Shown here piece after piece: positions 24,326 through 34,897 of a stretch of DNA of 64,000 nt. Made by a program: the position numbers and the translations under genes. The notes below the pieces were generated by a model, which was not told the origin of the DNA, ran no database searches, and was given only the letters and a program-made list of their open reading frames with translations. Source of the DNA: an uncultured Methanosarcinales archaeon. Lineage in GTDB: Archaea; Halobacteriota; Methanosarcinia; Methanotrichales; Methanotrichaceae. The first letter of the stretch is position 1. Every line of letters begins with the position of its first letter. The stretch covers positions 64,001-128,000 of the forward strand of contig CAWJKV010000007.1 in the NCBI GenBank assembly GCA_963843555.1, written 5' to 3'.

Positions 24326-25348
24326 ATGGCGAATGGAATGGGCTATGGAATGACAAACGTCTTGATTTACGGCGCGGGGGCAATCGGATCTTTTGTAGGG
24401 TATCTCCTCATGGCGCCTTCTCAACCCAATGGCCCGAAAATCGAAAACGTTGCCCTGTTGGGAAGGGCAAGCCATATGCAGAAGATCATGGAAGCTGGTT
24501 TGCGGATAGATTTTCCAGATAGCTTTCCAGATCGCTCACAGCTCCTGCAATTCAAATACTGCTTTGGAAATCTCGATGATCTCAAAGAATCTGATTTTTA
24601 TCCTGAATTGGTAATAGTATGTGTTAAAACGTATGCCCTGCCAAATGTGTGCATTGAGCTGAATGAGTCGGGATTGCTGCAAGAAAGACTGAAGAACGCC
24701 TGTTTTCTCCTCTTGATGAATGGCATGGGCAGCAAAGAAATCTTTGAGCAGTTGACGGCCCTCTCGCCCAGCAGGGTCCTGGAAGGGATCACATCCATTG
24801 GAGTGAGATTCACCGGGAACGGTTTGATTGAGCTAAAAGGTCTGGGAAAGACCGTTATTGACGACAAAATCTGTGTAAAACGAAAACAATCCCTGAATGA
24901 ATTCCTGGAATTCAGATTCAGGGAATCAGGCTTTGAGATTGAATTCGCCCCTGATTTCAAGAAACATCAATGGGATAAGCTCTTCGTCAACTCTGTAGTA
25001 AATCCTATAACCGCCATTACTGGCCAGGAGAATGGGATCGTTCTATCCGATCAGTTGAGTGGCACTGTGCAAAACATCATCAGGGAAGGCGTAAGCGTTG
25101 CCCAAAGGGAGGGCCTGGAGACAGATGTGGAGAGCATCCTCGAAGTCGTCTATTCTGTAGCCGAGAAGACCTCTCATAACACTTCCAGCATGCTCCAGGA
25201 TGTACAAAAGAAGAAGATGACTGAGATCGATTCCATCAACGGCTATATTATCCAATTGGCAAAAAGAAATGACATAGAGGTTCCGGTAAATGAGGCTCTG
25301 TTTGGATTGGTGAAGTCAATGGCCGGATGCGTTAAGGACCGCAATTAA
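24326..25348 (+). CDS. panE: 2-dehydropantoate 2-reductase (likely start ATG 24350)
   Basis: GAGAIG, CVKTY, LMNGMG, WDKLFVN, SSMLQD, TEIDSING. Confidence 0.9.
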   Translation: MANGMGYGMTNVLIYGAGAIGSFVGYLLMAPSQPNGPKIENVALLGRASHMQKIMEAGLRIDFPDSFPDRSQLLQFKYCFGNLDDLKESDFYPELVIVCVKTYALPNVCIELNESGLLQERLKNACFLLLMNGMGSKEIFEQLTALSPSRVLEGITSIGVRFTGNGLIELKGLGKTVIDDKICVKRKQSLNEFLEFRFRESGFEIEFAPDFKKHQWDKLFVNSVVNPITAITGQENGIVLSDQLSGTVQNIIREGVSVAQREGLETDVESILEVVYSVAEKTSHNTSSMLQDVQKKKMTEIDSINGYIIQLAKRNDIEVPVNEALFGLVKSMAGCVKDRN

Positions 25349-25376
25349 TATTATCACCAAAGACCATTATTTATGC

Positions 25377-26186
25377 ATGAAGATGAAAAACTCATGCTTA
25401 TTTATGGTAGCTTTATTATTATTGGCAACCCACTTAGTAGCAGTGTCCCAGGCGCCATATAACCATTCTCTAACGCCGGCACAACAGCAGGCGATATGGT
25501 ATTCTGAAGCATATCGTTTCCTCAACGGTGGTTATTACCCGTACAACTATGCCGACTATCCGATGGCTGCCTACCCGTATTACTACAGCCCCTACACTTA
25601 TTACTACCCTCAATATTCATCGTTCCGAGTCCTGCCATATCCTGTACCCACGTATGCTGCACCAGCGCAGACAACCACACCAACACAGACGTATCCCTCT
25701 AGTGCAACGGGATATAGCATAATGACTGCCACCAATTCCGCCCTAGGCACATACCTAACCGATGGCAGCGGCAGAACACTCTACCATTTACAAAGCGATC
25801 AAGGTAGCTATACCAGCAAATGCACCGACGCCACTTGCACTGGAAGCTGGCCTCCATTCTACTCGGGGGGCATAAGCGTTCCAGGAAACCTGAATCCTGC
25901 GGATTTCAGCGTCATAACTGTAAGTGGATCTAAACAATATCAGCAGATAGCTTTCAAGGGTTGGCCATTATACTACTTCTACAGGGATACAAAGCCCGGC
26001 GACGTCTACGGCCAGGGTTTAAAGGATAATTATGGTGTCTGGTCAGTAGTGAATCCTGAAAGCCCCAGCACATTTCCAGTAAACTTCCCGTATCCGTCCG
26101 GTGGAACCGCATCAAATCAGTACCAATATCCGATGCAACAGCCGTACACGATGCCAACCCAGCCGACATACGCTTCACAATATTAG
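25377..26186 (+). CDS. Secreted protein with Tyr/Pro-rich region and Lipoprotein_15/COG4315-like repeats
   Basis: Signal peptide; LTDGSGRTLY, CTGSWPPF, GWPLYYFYRDTKPGDVYGQG. Confidence 0.8.
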   Translation: MKMKNSCLFMVALLLLATHLVAVSQAPYNHSLTPAQQQAIWYSEAYRFLNGGYYPYNYADYPMAAYPYYYSPYTYYYPQYSSFRVLPYPVPTYAAPAQTTTPTQTYPSSATGYSIMTATNSALGTYLTDGSGRTLYHLQSDQGSYTSKCTDATCTGSWPPFYSGGISVPGNLNPADFSVITVSGSKQYQQIAFKGWPLYYFYRDTKPGDVYGQGLKDNYGVWSVVNPESPSTFPVNFPYPSGGTASNQYQYPMQQPYTMPTQPTYASQY

Positions 26187-26601
26187 ATCTTTCACCCAAC
26201 CCCTGTGCACATAGCTCGGGCGAGCATCTGCCATTTTTTTGTGGCTTGGGAAAGCGAGGCCAAAAGCGGCTGGAGGAGGATGGGATGAGGTGCCTTCAGG
26301 TTCGAGAATACCTATGGGTTGAAATTCATGGTTTTGCATCCAATGATTCTCATTGGCTTTCGATGTCTGACCTGGAAAGGTAGTAAGGTGATCTGGTAAG
26401 GAGAGAGAATAAAAATGTATTGCCTCGGATCACAACCCCGATTTTATAATCTATGATGGATATAGACTATTGCGACAATCTACAATCTAATGGCTAATCT
26501 AGTTCAAGAATTCACACAAAAAAGAGAACACCAGCAGCACTGTGCCGATGTGTTTTCGATTATTCGTTCCAATATCTCATGCCATTGCTTCGGGGATTGG
26601 T

Positions 26602-27072
26602 CTATTGTTGGTTAGTTACTATTTTGACGTTGTTGGTGGCTTCTGAAAGTCCGAAAGCCATTGCATCCCTGTTTCCTACCTTGACCTGCTCGAGATTGAC
26701 CTTGATGCAGCAGTCTTGGCAGGAAACGTTGCCACTGCTACAACATTCACACTCACCAGAATCCTGATTCTTCTTGATCTCCAGATTGTTTGTTGCAATA
26801 GGATCTAATCCCGGCCCAATGGCCAAAGCCCTATCATTTCCAACCGTCAGAATGTCGAGATTAGTGTTCGCAAAATACGGGAACCTAAAGGCAGATCCTT
26901 CTGACATAAATATTCCTCCATCCTTTCCGAGGATGTCTACGCCACCATCCCCGCCAAATCCCTGAGCCATAACCGGAATGGATAGCATGGCAAAGGTCAA
27001 TGCCAATACAAATTTATTTGTTTTGATAGTCTTACCCCCTAAATCTTTTAGTTTAGACAAAGTAGTACTCAA
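26602..27072 (-). CDS. Secreted protein with two Asn-rich repeats and a Cys-rich linker (start uncertain)
   Basis: Signal-like KTNKFVLALTFAMLSIPVMA; the codon behind the GGGGGT RBS is ATC (27027), not ATG. Confidence 0.7.
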   Translation of the reverse strand: MSTTLSKLKDLGGKTIKTNKFVLALTFAMLSIPVMAQGFGGDGGVDILGKDGGIFMSEGSAFRFPYFANTNLDILTVGNDRALAIGPGLDPIATNNLEIKKNQDSGECECCSSGNVSCQDCCIKVNLEQVKVGNRDAMAFGLSEATNNVKIVTNQQ

Positions 27073-27256
27073 TTATATTTATGTCTTTGGGTTCATTAAA
27101 TTAGTAAAGAAATTTTCAATAGAAAATATTTATATTACATATCGTTTTAAAATATAATGAGTACCAGTTAGATAGTTAATATGAACAACTAAATTTGCTA
27201 CAAATTGATCTCTGAAAGGACGAAGCTTTACAGGATAGTATACACTTTTTGCAGCG

Positions 27257-27572
27257 ATGAAAGACTTCTTCATCAGCTACAACCAGGCCGACCGCCTGGG
27301 CGGAATAAATTGCCTGGTGCTGGAGGAAGTTGGATACAGCACTGTACTGCAGGCCTGGGACTTCCGCCCATGATGCAACTTTCCCCTTCGAGATGGATAA
27401 AGCGATAAAAGGGACGGAACGAACTATCCTCGTTCTATCACAAGACTTTTAGCCTCCGATTTCACCGCCCCAGAGTGGGCCGCCGCCTTCGCCCAAGATC
27501 CGACCGGAAAAAAGGGCAAGATTCTGCCCATCAAAGTCCGGGATTGCAGACCAGAAGGTCTTCTGGCTCCAC
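27257..27572 (+). pseudogene. TIR-domain gene remnant
   Basis: Across frames: MKDFFISYNQADR/WAE*IAW.LEEVGYSTVLQAWDFRP/EMDKAIKGTERTILVLSQDF/ASDFTAPEWAAAFAQDPTGKKGKILPIKVRDCRPEGLLAP; stop and several indels, truncated. Confidence 0.85.
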
Positions 27573-27617
27573 CAAATCGTCGAGAGGGATCTGGGATTGC
27601 TCGATTCTTGAGCCTTC

Positions 27618-27785
27618 CGCCGGAAGTCTTGAGGCCTGCTCGGGCGGCTGCGCTTGCGGTCGCGCGGGATCGCGGGTGCGCTCGCGTGGCCGGGCATGCT
27701 CGCGGGCGAGGAGACCCGGAAGCGGCAGGGATGCGGCTTGGCTGTGAATCAAGCCGGAATCCGTTCGAGTTGAGATGGCTAGGAG
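27618..27785. repeat. GC-rich dispersed direct repeat, copy 1
   Basis: Core GCTCGGGCGGCTGCGCTTGCGGTCGCGCGGGATCGCGGGTGCGC is identical in copy 2. Confidence 0.85.
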
Positions 27786-28068
27786 GACCTCTTCCAGGTA
27801 TGACAAGGCCCCCAAGGTCACGACCGAAATCATCAGACCTCAGCATCTCGGATGCTTAGGGGATGCAGCTTCCATACCACAATCAGGATTACAAATAGGA
27901 CAATGAGAATCTTAAGAGCCAGAAGATATTCATTTGCCCCAGCTATGTTAAAGCCTGAAAGGAAATCTCCGTCAATACCTACTGTCGAAATGCTTTCACC
28001 CTTGGAAATATATGCTGTTCATAAAGAAATCATTTTCGATCTTCCCGTGCGCGTACCGAATACCTGCA

Positions 28069-28240
28069 CGCCAGAAGGCCGGAGGCCCGCTCGGGCGGCT
28101 GCGCTTGCGGTCGCGCGGGATCGCGGGTGCGCGCGCGTGGCCGGGCTGCTCGCGGGCGAGAAGACCAGGGGGCGACAGGGATGCGTCAGGCTGGCAAGGA
28201 TATTGACAGAAATCCGAACGAGCGGAGATTGCAGGGACGT
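28069..28240. repeat. GC-rich dispersed direct repeat, copy 2
   Basis: Same core 451 bp downstream, with diverged flanks. Confidence 0.85.
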
Positions 28241-28399
28241 CCCGCTACGTGAGGCAGGGGCTCACTCGGGCTATTGTAGTCTTGCGAGATTACCAGAAGT
28301 TCCTGTGAGTTATCAGTTACTCTTTAATTAGCAAATTCTTCCGCAGCAGCCGGCATGTCACCTTGATGGCCTGGAGAAGCTCTTGACTTTGTTCTTTAA

Positions 28400-28622
28400 C
28401 CTGGTTCGTGATGATGGATATCGCCAGATCCTTGGAGCCAAGATTACGGACAATGAGTGCGATGGCTTCTGTTCCGGATTCTTTGATGAGCTAACTGATC
28501 GCGGTTTGAAAGGTGTTAAACAGATAGTTTCAGATGGCCATAAAGGAATACAAAGCGCAGTTCAGTCAAGGTTCTTGGGTGCAACTTGGTAGATGTGTCA
28601 AGTCCATTTCAGCCGCGCACGG
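28400..28622 (+). mobile_element. IS256-family transposase internal fragment
   Basis: VRDDGYRQILG...FFDELTDRGLKGVKQIVSDGHKGIQSAV...GATW*MCQVHF. Confidence 0.85.
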
Positions 28623-29250
28623 TGTTGAATAATATTATGTCCTAAGCCAAGACACTTGGTAAATAGATCCGAAGAAAACCACCAGCTATCAAAAACAATA
28701 TACAGATCAACGCTCTTTGGGACTTTTAGCGGTTCAAATAATTTCTTCAAAAGCAATCTGTATTTTTGTTTTAAAATTTTCATTTTCGTCTCTATTTTTG
28801 ATGTACATCTTGGCTTTATGTGGAATAAACAATCCCTTTGATTAGATAACGGAAGTAACAAAATTGTTACCCCAAATAGGTTTCCTTACTATGGTCGTAA
28901 AATTTTCCTGCACCCTCTGTCTGAGTCCCTTCTTTCTCATCGAATGTATCGTCAATTATTAACAATATTCTATCATTTTCTTTTAAACATAACTGTTCAA
29001 TAAAAAGACCTACTTTGCGCTGTGCAACTTCATTCTCATCCCAATTCGCATCGCTTAGGAACCAATTGTGCGAAGAACGTGCTTTTCTCCCCTTGTTACA
29101 TTCAGCCATAGTATCACAAAGGTTAGCAACGGTTTTGGATTTATCACATACGCTTAGTGCTCTGCATAAATCCCGAAATGATCCATAACTCGGTTTTCGT
29201 GAAGAGGTCCTTAAATTCATTTAAGAATGGCTCTAAATTGTAAGGGTGCT
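28623..29250 (-). mobile_element. IS701-like (DDE) transposase remnant, frameshifted and 3'-truncated
   Basis: FLSDANWDE, LLIIDDTFDEKEG..TEGAGKFYDH, YIVFDSWW; low GC. Confidence 0.75.
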
Positions 29251-29535
29251 TTAACTATCTTGATCATTCTACTCCCGAAAAAGAGATTTTGATCTTAGTA
29301 TAAAAGCTTTAATTTTTATTATTAAACTTATAATTCAATTCAGTTGAAAGAAATTATAAATCTTCTAAAAAGTTGGAAAGTGCAGAATACTTAATCGTTA
29401 TCTATAATTTTAATTGATGGGCGCAAAATGATTTGTCTGTTTCTTTTCTTGATTGAGTGAAGAAAATCGCAGTTTTATCAGGCAATGTGAACAGAAGGGT
29501 CAGGTTAATAAGTAGAAACTGTTTTTGAATACAGG

Positions 29536-29781
29536 ATGGAAATGCCTGAAGATGAAAAGCCCACCGCAAAACAATCATCACCGCAATTCATACCAAAGTT
29601 CAAAGGAAAGAAAGTGATGATCCGCCTGCTCTCAGGAGGCCAGCCGGTTACTGGAACCATTGAGTCATTCAACCCCTATGAGATCCTCCTCCAAACGGCA
29701 AAGGGCGAGTTATTGGTCTTCAAACACGCTATTGCAACTATGGAAATCGTGGATGAGCCGCGGGGGTATAAGCCAAGCTAA
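29536..29781 (+). CDS. Hfq-like Sm-fold RNA-binding protein
   Basis: KKVMIRLLSGGQPVTGTIESFNPYEILL (Sm1) and LLVFKHAIATME (Hfq Sm2 [Y/F]KHAI); TATA-like TTAATAA about 30 nt upstream of the ATG. Confidence 0.85.
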   Translation: MEMPEDEKPTAKQSSPQFIPKFKGKKVMIRLLSGGQPVTGTIESFNPYEILLQTAKGELLVFKHAIATMEIVDEPRGYKPS

Positions 29782-29782
29782 A

Positions 29783-31183
29783 TCATGTCGGATCGCTTGG
29801 ATTTCTTTTTCTATGCCATCTTTCCAGGTAGCTCACTCCAAAAAGGAAGGTTCCAGAGACGGCCATTCCTAGCAATGGATAGCTCTGGCCGAAGATTATG
29901 GCTGTAGCGCCTCCTCCCACCAGCGCAGACAGCGCTCCGGAAGACGTGAGGCCGAGCCTCTCTTTATAAAACCCGGCAACTACAGGTAAGAGGAGGCCGC
30001 TGGTGAATACCGTGTAGGCAATGAGCAAGGTCTTGGTGATGCTCGGCATTGAGACCGCTAGGAGAAGGGCAGATGCACCAATGATTAATACCGCGATCCG
30101 CGAGACCTGAATCAAATGGTGCGAGCTGGCTTTGGGTCTTATTTTTTTGTATATATCAAGGGTAAGGATGGATGTGACGGTCATCAGGCTCGTGTCAGCC
30201 GAAGACATAAAAGCCGCCAAGAGTGCAGCTGCCACAATGCCCTCAATTCCCGGTGAGAGAAGCTCCGTCAAGAGCGATGGAATAGCCTGCTCAGGAGATA
30301 TTGTCGGATAAAGAGACCTGGAAAAGATGCCCAGCGATGTGATGAGAAATGCCAATGGGATGAGGACGATTGCCGAAATGAATACGGAAATCTTTGCCTC
30401 TCTCGGGCTGCGGGCAGAGAGCAGGCGCGAATACATGTCTGGACCGATCAGGTAGGCTGAGCCCACTACCAATAGCATGGAGATCGCTTCCCAGCCACCC
30501 ATCTTATCAGAAGTGGGAAAACTCTCGCTTAAGAGAAGCCCCGGCCCGGATGCATTAAGAGCCGCCTGGAATAGAAGAATCATTCCCATTATTATTATCA
30601 GGAACTGCACCAGATCGGTTCTAACGACTGAGCTTTGCCCACCGTGCGCTGTGTAAAGGACGAACACCGCCGTGCATATAACCATGAAGAGAGTTCCGTT
30701 TCCTCCGAAGACCGCGCTGAGGACTTTTCCAGAAGCTATGATCTGCACGGCGATCACACCAACCCAGGAGACGGCGATGAGAATTGAGGCTGCAGTCCTT
30801 GCTCTTTCACCATAAAACGATCCCACCAGTTGCGGCAGAGTATAACATCCCGTTGATCTAATTCTTCCGGCAAAAAAAACAAGAATAAGCATTCCAATAG
30901 TGCCGGAGAGCATCCACCAGGCACCGGGAAAGCCTTTGCTGAATCCCAGTCCCGCCATTCCGATGGTGGATGAGGCTCCTATTATTGTGGCACAAAAAGT
31001 GCCTATCAGGAAGATCATCCTAAGGCTTCTGCCCGCCAGGTGAAAATCCTCCAGGCTCCTCATACGAAGCCTCCACGCTCCTATGATGAGGATAGCCAGC
31101 AGATAGACCACAATTACAAAAGCCGATTGATTCGCAAACACCCCTTCTATTGTCGACCAAATGTCCCTGATTTTGGTTGACAA
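29783..31183 (-). CDS. Sodium:solute symporter family protein
   Basis: [36 protein letters not shown]; about 13 TM segments. Confidence 0.9.
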   Translation of the reverse strand: MSTKIRDIWSTIEGVFANQSAFVIVVYLLAILIIGAWRLRMRSLEDFHLAGRSLRMIFLIGTFCATIIGASSTIGMAGLGFSKGFPGAWWMLSGTIGMLILVFFAGRIRSTGCYTLPQLVGSFYGERARTAASILIAVSWVGVIAVQIIASGKVLSAVFGGNGTLFMVICTAVFVLYTAHGGQSSVVRTDLVQFLIIIMGMILLFQAALNASGPGLLLSESFPTSDKMGGWEAISMLLVVGSAYLIGPDMYSRLLSARSPREAKISVFISAIVLIPLAFLITSLGIFSRSLYPTISPEQAIPSLLTELLSPGIEGIVAAALLAAFMSSADTSLMTVTSILTLDIYKKIRPKASSHHLIQVSRIAVLIIGASALLLAVSMPSITKTLLIAYTVFTSGLLLPVVAGFYKERLGLTSSGALSALVGGGATAIIFGQSYPLLGMAVSGTFLFGVSYLERWHRKRNPSDPT

Positions 31184-31270
31184 TAAATCAACGTAGGTTT
31201 AAACCTTTCGCTAAACTCCATCAACAGTGGCTGTCCAATGGTGTTCCTGGGATTTTCTACACAACTCCTA

Positions 31271-33095
31271 TGCGATCCTTGGAAAATGAGGAGCAATTAG
31301 AGGATAATAATGCTGCATCTAACAATCCGACAACATTGGAAGAGAAAAATCTGATAAAGGAGATCGAACGCAAGACTCCGGTGGTGGATCTGCCTCTGGG
31401 CGCCACTGAAGACCGTGTCGTGGGCTCTTTGAATGTTGAGAGAGCCATCAAGGAAGGCATCAAAGCCCTGGAACCGGGCATCCTGGCAGCCGCCAATCGA
31501 GGCATACTCTACATAGATGAGGTCAATCTTCTGGATGATCACGTGGCCGACGTCCTCCTGGACTCTGCAGCCATGGGGGTAAATATTGTGGAAAGGGAGG
31601 GCGTGTCAGTGGCCCATCCCTCCAAATTCATTTTAGTGGGAACCATGAACCCAGAGGAGGGAGAGATCCGGCCCCAGCTTCTGGACCGGTTCGGGCTGCA
31701 GGTCAGCGTTGTCGGCATTGAAGATGTGGACCAGAGAATGCAGATCGCCAAGATGGCGGAGAGCTTTGATCGTGATCCGGAAGTCTTCGCCATGCAGTGC
31801 CATGCCAGACAGGAGGAGCTGAAAGGGAAGATCGCTCAGGCCAGGAATAGGCTTCGGAAAGTGATCATGAGCGATGATCTTCTCAGATCCATCGCCTCTA
31901 CCTGCATCGACCTGGGCGTCAAGACGCACCGGGCTGAGATTGTCATCTCCAGGACCGCCAGGACCATTGCCGCTTTCGAGGGGAGAGCAGAGGTCAATTC
32001 TGAGGACGCAAAGATGGCCATGCAACTGGCCCTGGCCCACAGGATGAGAAGCAGGCCCTTTGAGCCGCCCACCTGAATAAAGAGAAGCTGGAAAAGTCCA
32101 TGGAAAAGCATCAACAAGAGCAGCAACACCCGCATCGGTCGCAGAAGAAAGAAGAGCCTCAGACTCACGAGCCCGATGATCAGCAGGATTCAAAGCAGAC
32201 CCAGGCGGCAAAAGCCGAGGAGCAGATCTTCAGTGTCGGATCGTCCATTGATGTGCGCCAGATAAATATGCCCCACAAGAGAGATAGGATTGCGCGCCGA
32301 AAAACCAGCGGCAGAAGAATGAATACCTTGGCCCTGAAGAAACGGGGTCGATATCTGCGCCAGAGGATGCCCATGGATGGCAAAGACATCGCCATCGATG
32401 CTACGATTCGAGCGGCAGCCCCTTATCAGAGGGTTCGATTCGGTCCCAATGCCATACGAGTGTTGAGCGAAGATATTAGAGAGAAGGAGAGGGTTGGCAA
32501 GACCTCGGCCGTGGTGCTCTTCGTGGTGGATGCCAGCGGCTCCATGGGGGCCATGCAGAGGATGGAGAGCGCCAAGGGAGCGGTTCTCTCCATGCTCATG
32601 GACTCCTACCAGAAGAGAGACAAAATCGGCATGGTGGCCTTCAAAGGCACGGAGGCGGAGCCAATTCTGTCGCCCTCTTCCAGCGTGGATCTGGCCCTGA
32701 GCCGATTGCGTGAGCTTCCCACAGGCGGCAAGACGCCGCTATGTGCCGGCCTCTCCCGGGGACTGCAGATTTTGCAGGGCGAGCTGCGCAAGGATGAGGA
32801 GACCAAGACCATGATGGTGCTCATATCCGATGGAAGGGCCAATGTGGGAATGGGAGGAAAGATCAAAGACGAGCTGATGGAGATCTCGGAACAGAGCAAA
32901 CGGCTCGGAGTGCACACCATCGTCATAGATACCGAAGTTGTGGAGAGCTCCTTCATGGACATCAGGCTCGGCTACTGTCGGGAGATCGCAGAAACTGCAG
33001 GCGGAAAATACTATCCTCTATCCGGCTTGAGTCCGGAAGCTCTTTACGGCATTGTAGATGGTGAGCAAAAGCTGATCTTTGAGAGCAATACATAG
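31271..33095 (+). CDS. ChlI/ChlD-type chelatase subunit (AAA+ plus VWA), N-terminally truncated, frame break at about 32073
   Basis: [62 protein letters not shown]; no Walker A region. Confidence 0.8.
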
Positions 33096-33134
33096 GAGAT
33101 CGGACAGAAGAATCCCAGGGGTGTTGCCAGCGAT

Positions 33135-33995
33135 TTGAGCAAGATGATTGAGATATCGGGACTATGCAAGGACTATTCAGGCATAAAGGTGGTTGACGGC
33201 CTGGATCTGGCGGTTGAGTCCGGTGAGCTTTTCGGCTTCCTGGGACCCAATGGAGCCGGCAAGACAACCTCCATTCGCATACTTACCACCCTCACCAAGC
33301 CCACATCCGGGCAGGTTTGGATTAATGGCATAGATGTGGTCAGAGATCCTGCACGGGTGAAGTCGGAGTTCGGCATAGTCCAGCAGCATCTCAGCCTGAA
33401 CCGGGACCTGACCATTGCCGAGAACCTGGAGCTGCATGCACGGCTGCACCACCTTTCCAGGGCAGATCGAAAGAAGCGCATAGCAGAGCTCCTGGATTAT
33501 GTGGAGCTATCCGATCATGCCGACTACCTCATTGATGATGTCTCGGGCGGCATGAAAAGGCGCGCCATGATTGCCCGGGCTCTCATCCACAGACCGAAGC
33601 TTCTCTTTCTGGATGAGCCAACAGTAGGTTTGGACGCCCATGCCCGCCGCAAGGTATGGGATCTCATCCGCAGGATGAACTCCGAGGGTGCAACCGTCTT
33701 TCTGACCACTCATTATATAGAAGAGGCAGAGGCGTTATGCAAGAGAGTGGGCGTGCTGCATCAAGGCCGGATGATTGCCATTGGCTCGCCTCCCAGCTTA
33801 CGACAAAAACTGGGCACGATTGCCGTGGAGATGCAATTGTCGGGAAACGGTACTCAATACAGGTATTTCCCGGATAGGGCCATGGCCGCGGAGTTCATCC
33901 AGACGCTGCCCAGCTCAGAAAGAGTGGTCATGCGGGAGTCGAATTTGGAAGATGTCTTCATCGAACTGACCGGCCAGAAGGTCACCGGGGATTAG
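33135..33995 (+). CDS. ABC transporter ATP-binding protein (DrrA-like)
   Basis: GPNGAGKTT, SGGMKRR, LFLDEPT. Confidence 0.93.
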   Translation: MSKMIEISGLCKDYSGIKVVDGLDLAVESGELFGFLGPNGAGKTTSIRILTTLTKPTSGQVWINGIDVVRDPARVKSEFGIVQQHLSLNRDLTIAENLELHARLHHLSRADRKKRIAELLDYVELSDHADYLIDDVSGGMKRRAMIARALIHRPKLLFLDEPTVGLDAHARRKVWDLIRRMNSEGATVFLTTHYIEEAEALCKRVGVLHQGRMIAIGSPPSLRQKLGTIAVEMQLSGNGTQYRYFPDRAMAAEFIQTLPSSERVVMRESNLEDVFIELTGQKVTGD

Positions 33996-33998
33996 GCA

Positions 33999-34769
33999 AT
34001 GGGGTCAATAATGGGATCAGCCAGGCAATCGACAATGGATGCCTACAGCATACTCTGGGCGGACCTCATGTCTCTCAAGCGCCGGGGCCCCAAGTTTCTC
34101 GTCATCACCCTTGTCAGTCCATTGCTATATTTGGTGGCCTTTGGATGGGGGCTGGGCAGAGGCATGAGTCTCAATGGAACGAGCTATCTTGAATTTGTGA
34201 TTCCGGGCATCATCGCTCTCACTGCCATGAACACCAGCTTCAATGGAGCTGGGAACCGTCTCAATGTGGACCGTCTATTCTACAAGAGCTTCGATGAGTG
34301 CCTCATGGCTCCCATCGGGCTGACTTCGCTTTTAATGGGAAAAGCATTGATCGGAGTGGTCAGAGGCCTGATCAGCTCGGTGGCTTTTCTGATAGTGGCC
34401 TTAATAATTGCGCCTGCCATGCACATCGGGCCGCTGTTCCTGGTCGGCCTGATTCTCACCTGCCTGACCTTCTCCTTCCTTGGCGTTCTCGCAGCACTGT
34501 TGGCCCGATCTCATGAGGACATGGCCACCTTCGGGAGCCTTATTCTGATTCCTATGACCTTCCTGGGCGCGACCTTCTTCTCTCTATCCCAGGTGCCTGT
34601 CGGGCTGGAGTATGCACTCTATTTTCTGCCTCTGACTCACGCCAGCCTGTTTCTGAGGGCGTCGGCATTGGACCAGCCCTTGCCCTGGGGATCCTTTCTC
34701 GCGCTCACGGCATTTTTTGCGTTATTCTTATGGGGCGGCATGCTGGCTTTGAAGAGGGCCAGCGTTTAA
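33999..34769 (+). CDS. ABC-2 type permease
   Basis: YLEFVIPGII, PMTFLGATFF, LPLTHA; about 6 TM segments. Confidence 0.9.
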   Translation: MGSIMGSARQSTMDAYSILWADLMSLKRRGPKFLVITLVSPLLYLVAFGWGLGRGMSLNGTSYLEFVIPGIIALTAMNTSFNGAGNRLNVDRLFYKSFDECLMAPIGLTSLLMGKALIGVVRGLISSVAFLIVALIIAPAMHIGPLFLVGLILTCLTFSFLGVLAALLARSHEDMATFGSLILIPMTFLGATFFSLSQVPVGLEYALYFLPLTHASLFLRASALDQPLPWGSFLALTAFFALFLWGGMLALKRASV

Positions 34770-34897
34770 TGGCCTGGAATGCAGAGCCGGATGGGGGGGT
34801 ACAATTCTCATTTTTGATGTCAGACCTGCAAAAGCGAGCTGTCAGAAGAACTTTTTCTTGCCCGGTCTATTCTACAAGAAAATGAGGGCAAGTCTCA

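Noticed and set aside
27424..28331. ORF-track entries of 64-159 aa over the GC-rich repeats
   Set aside because: They arise from the stop-poor GC-rich repeat and show no protein-like features.
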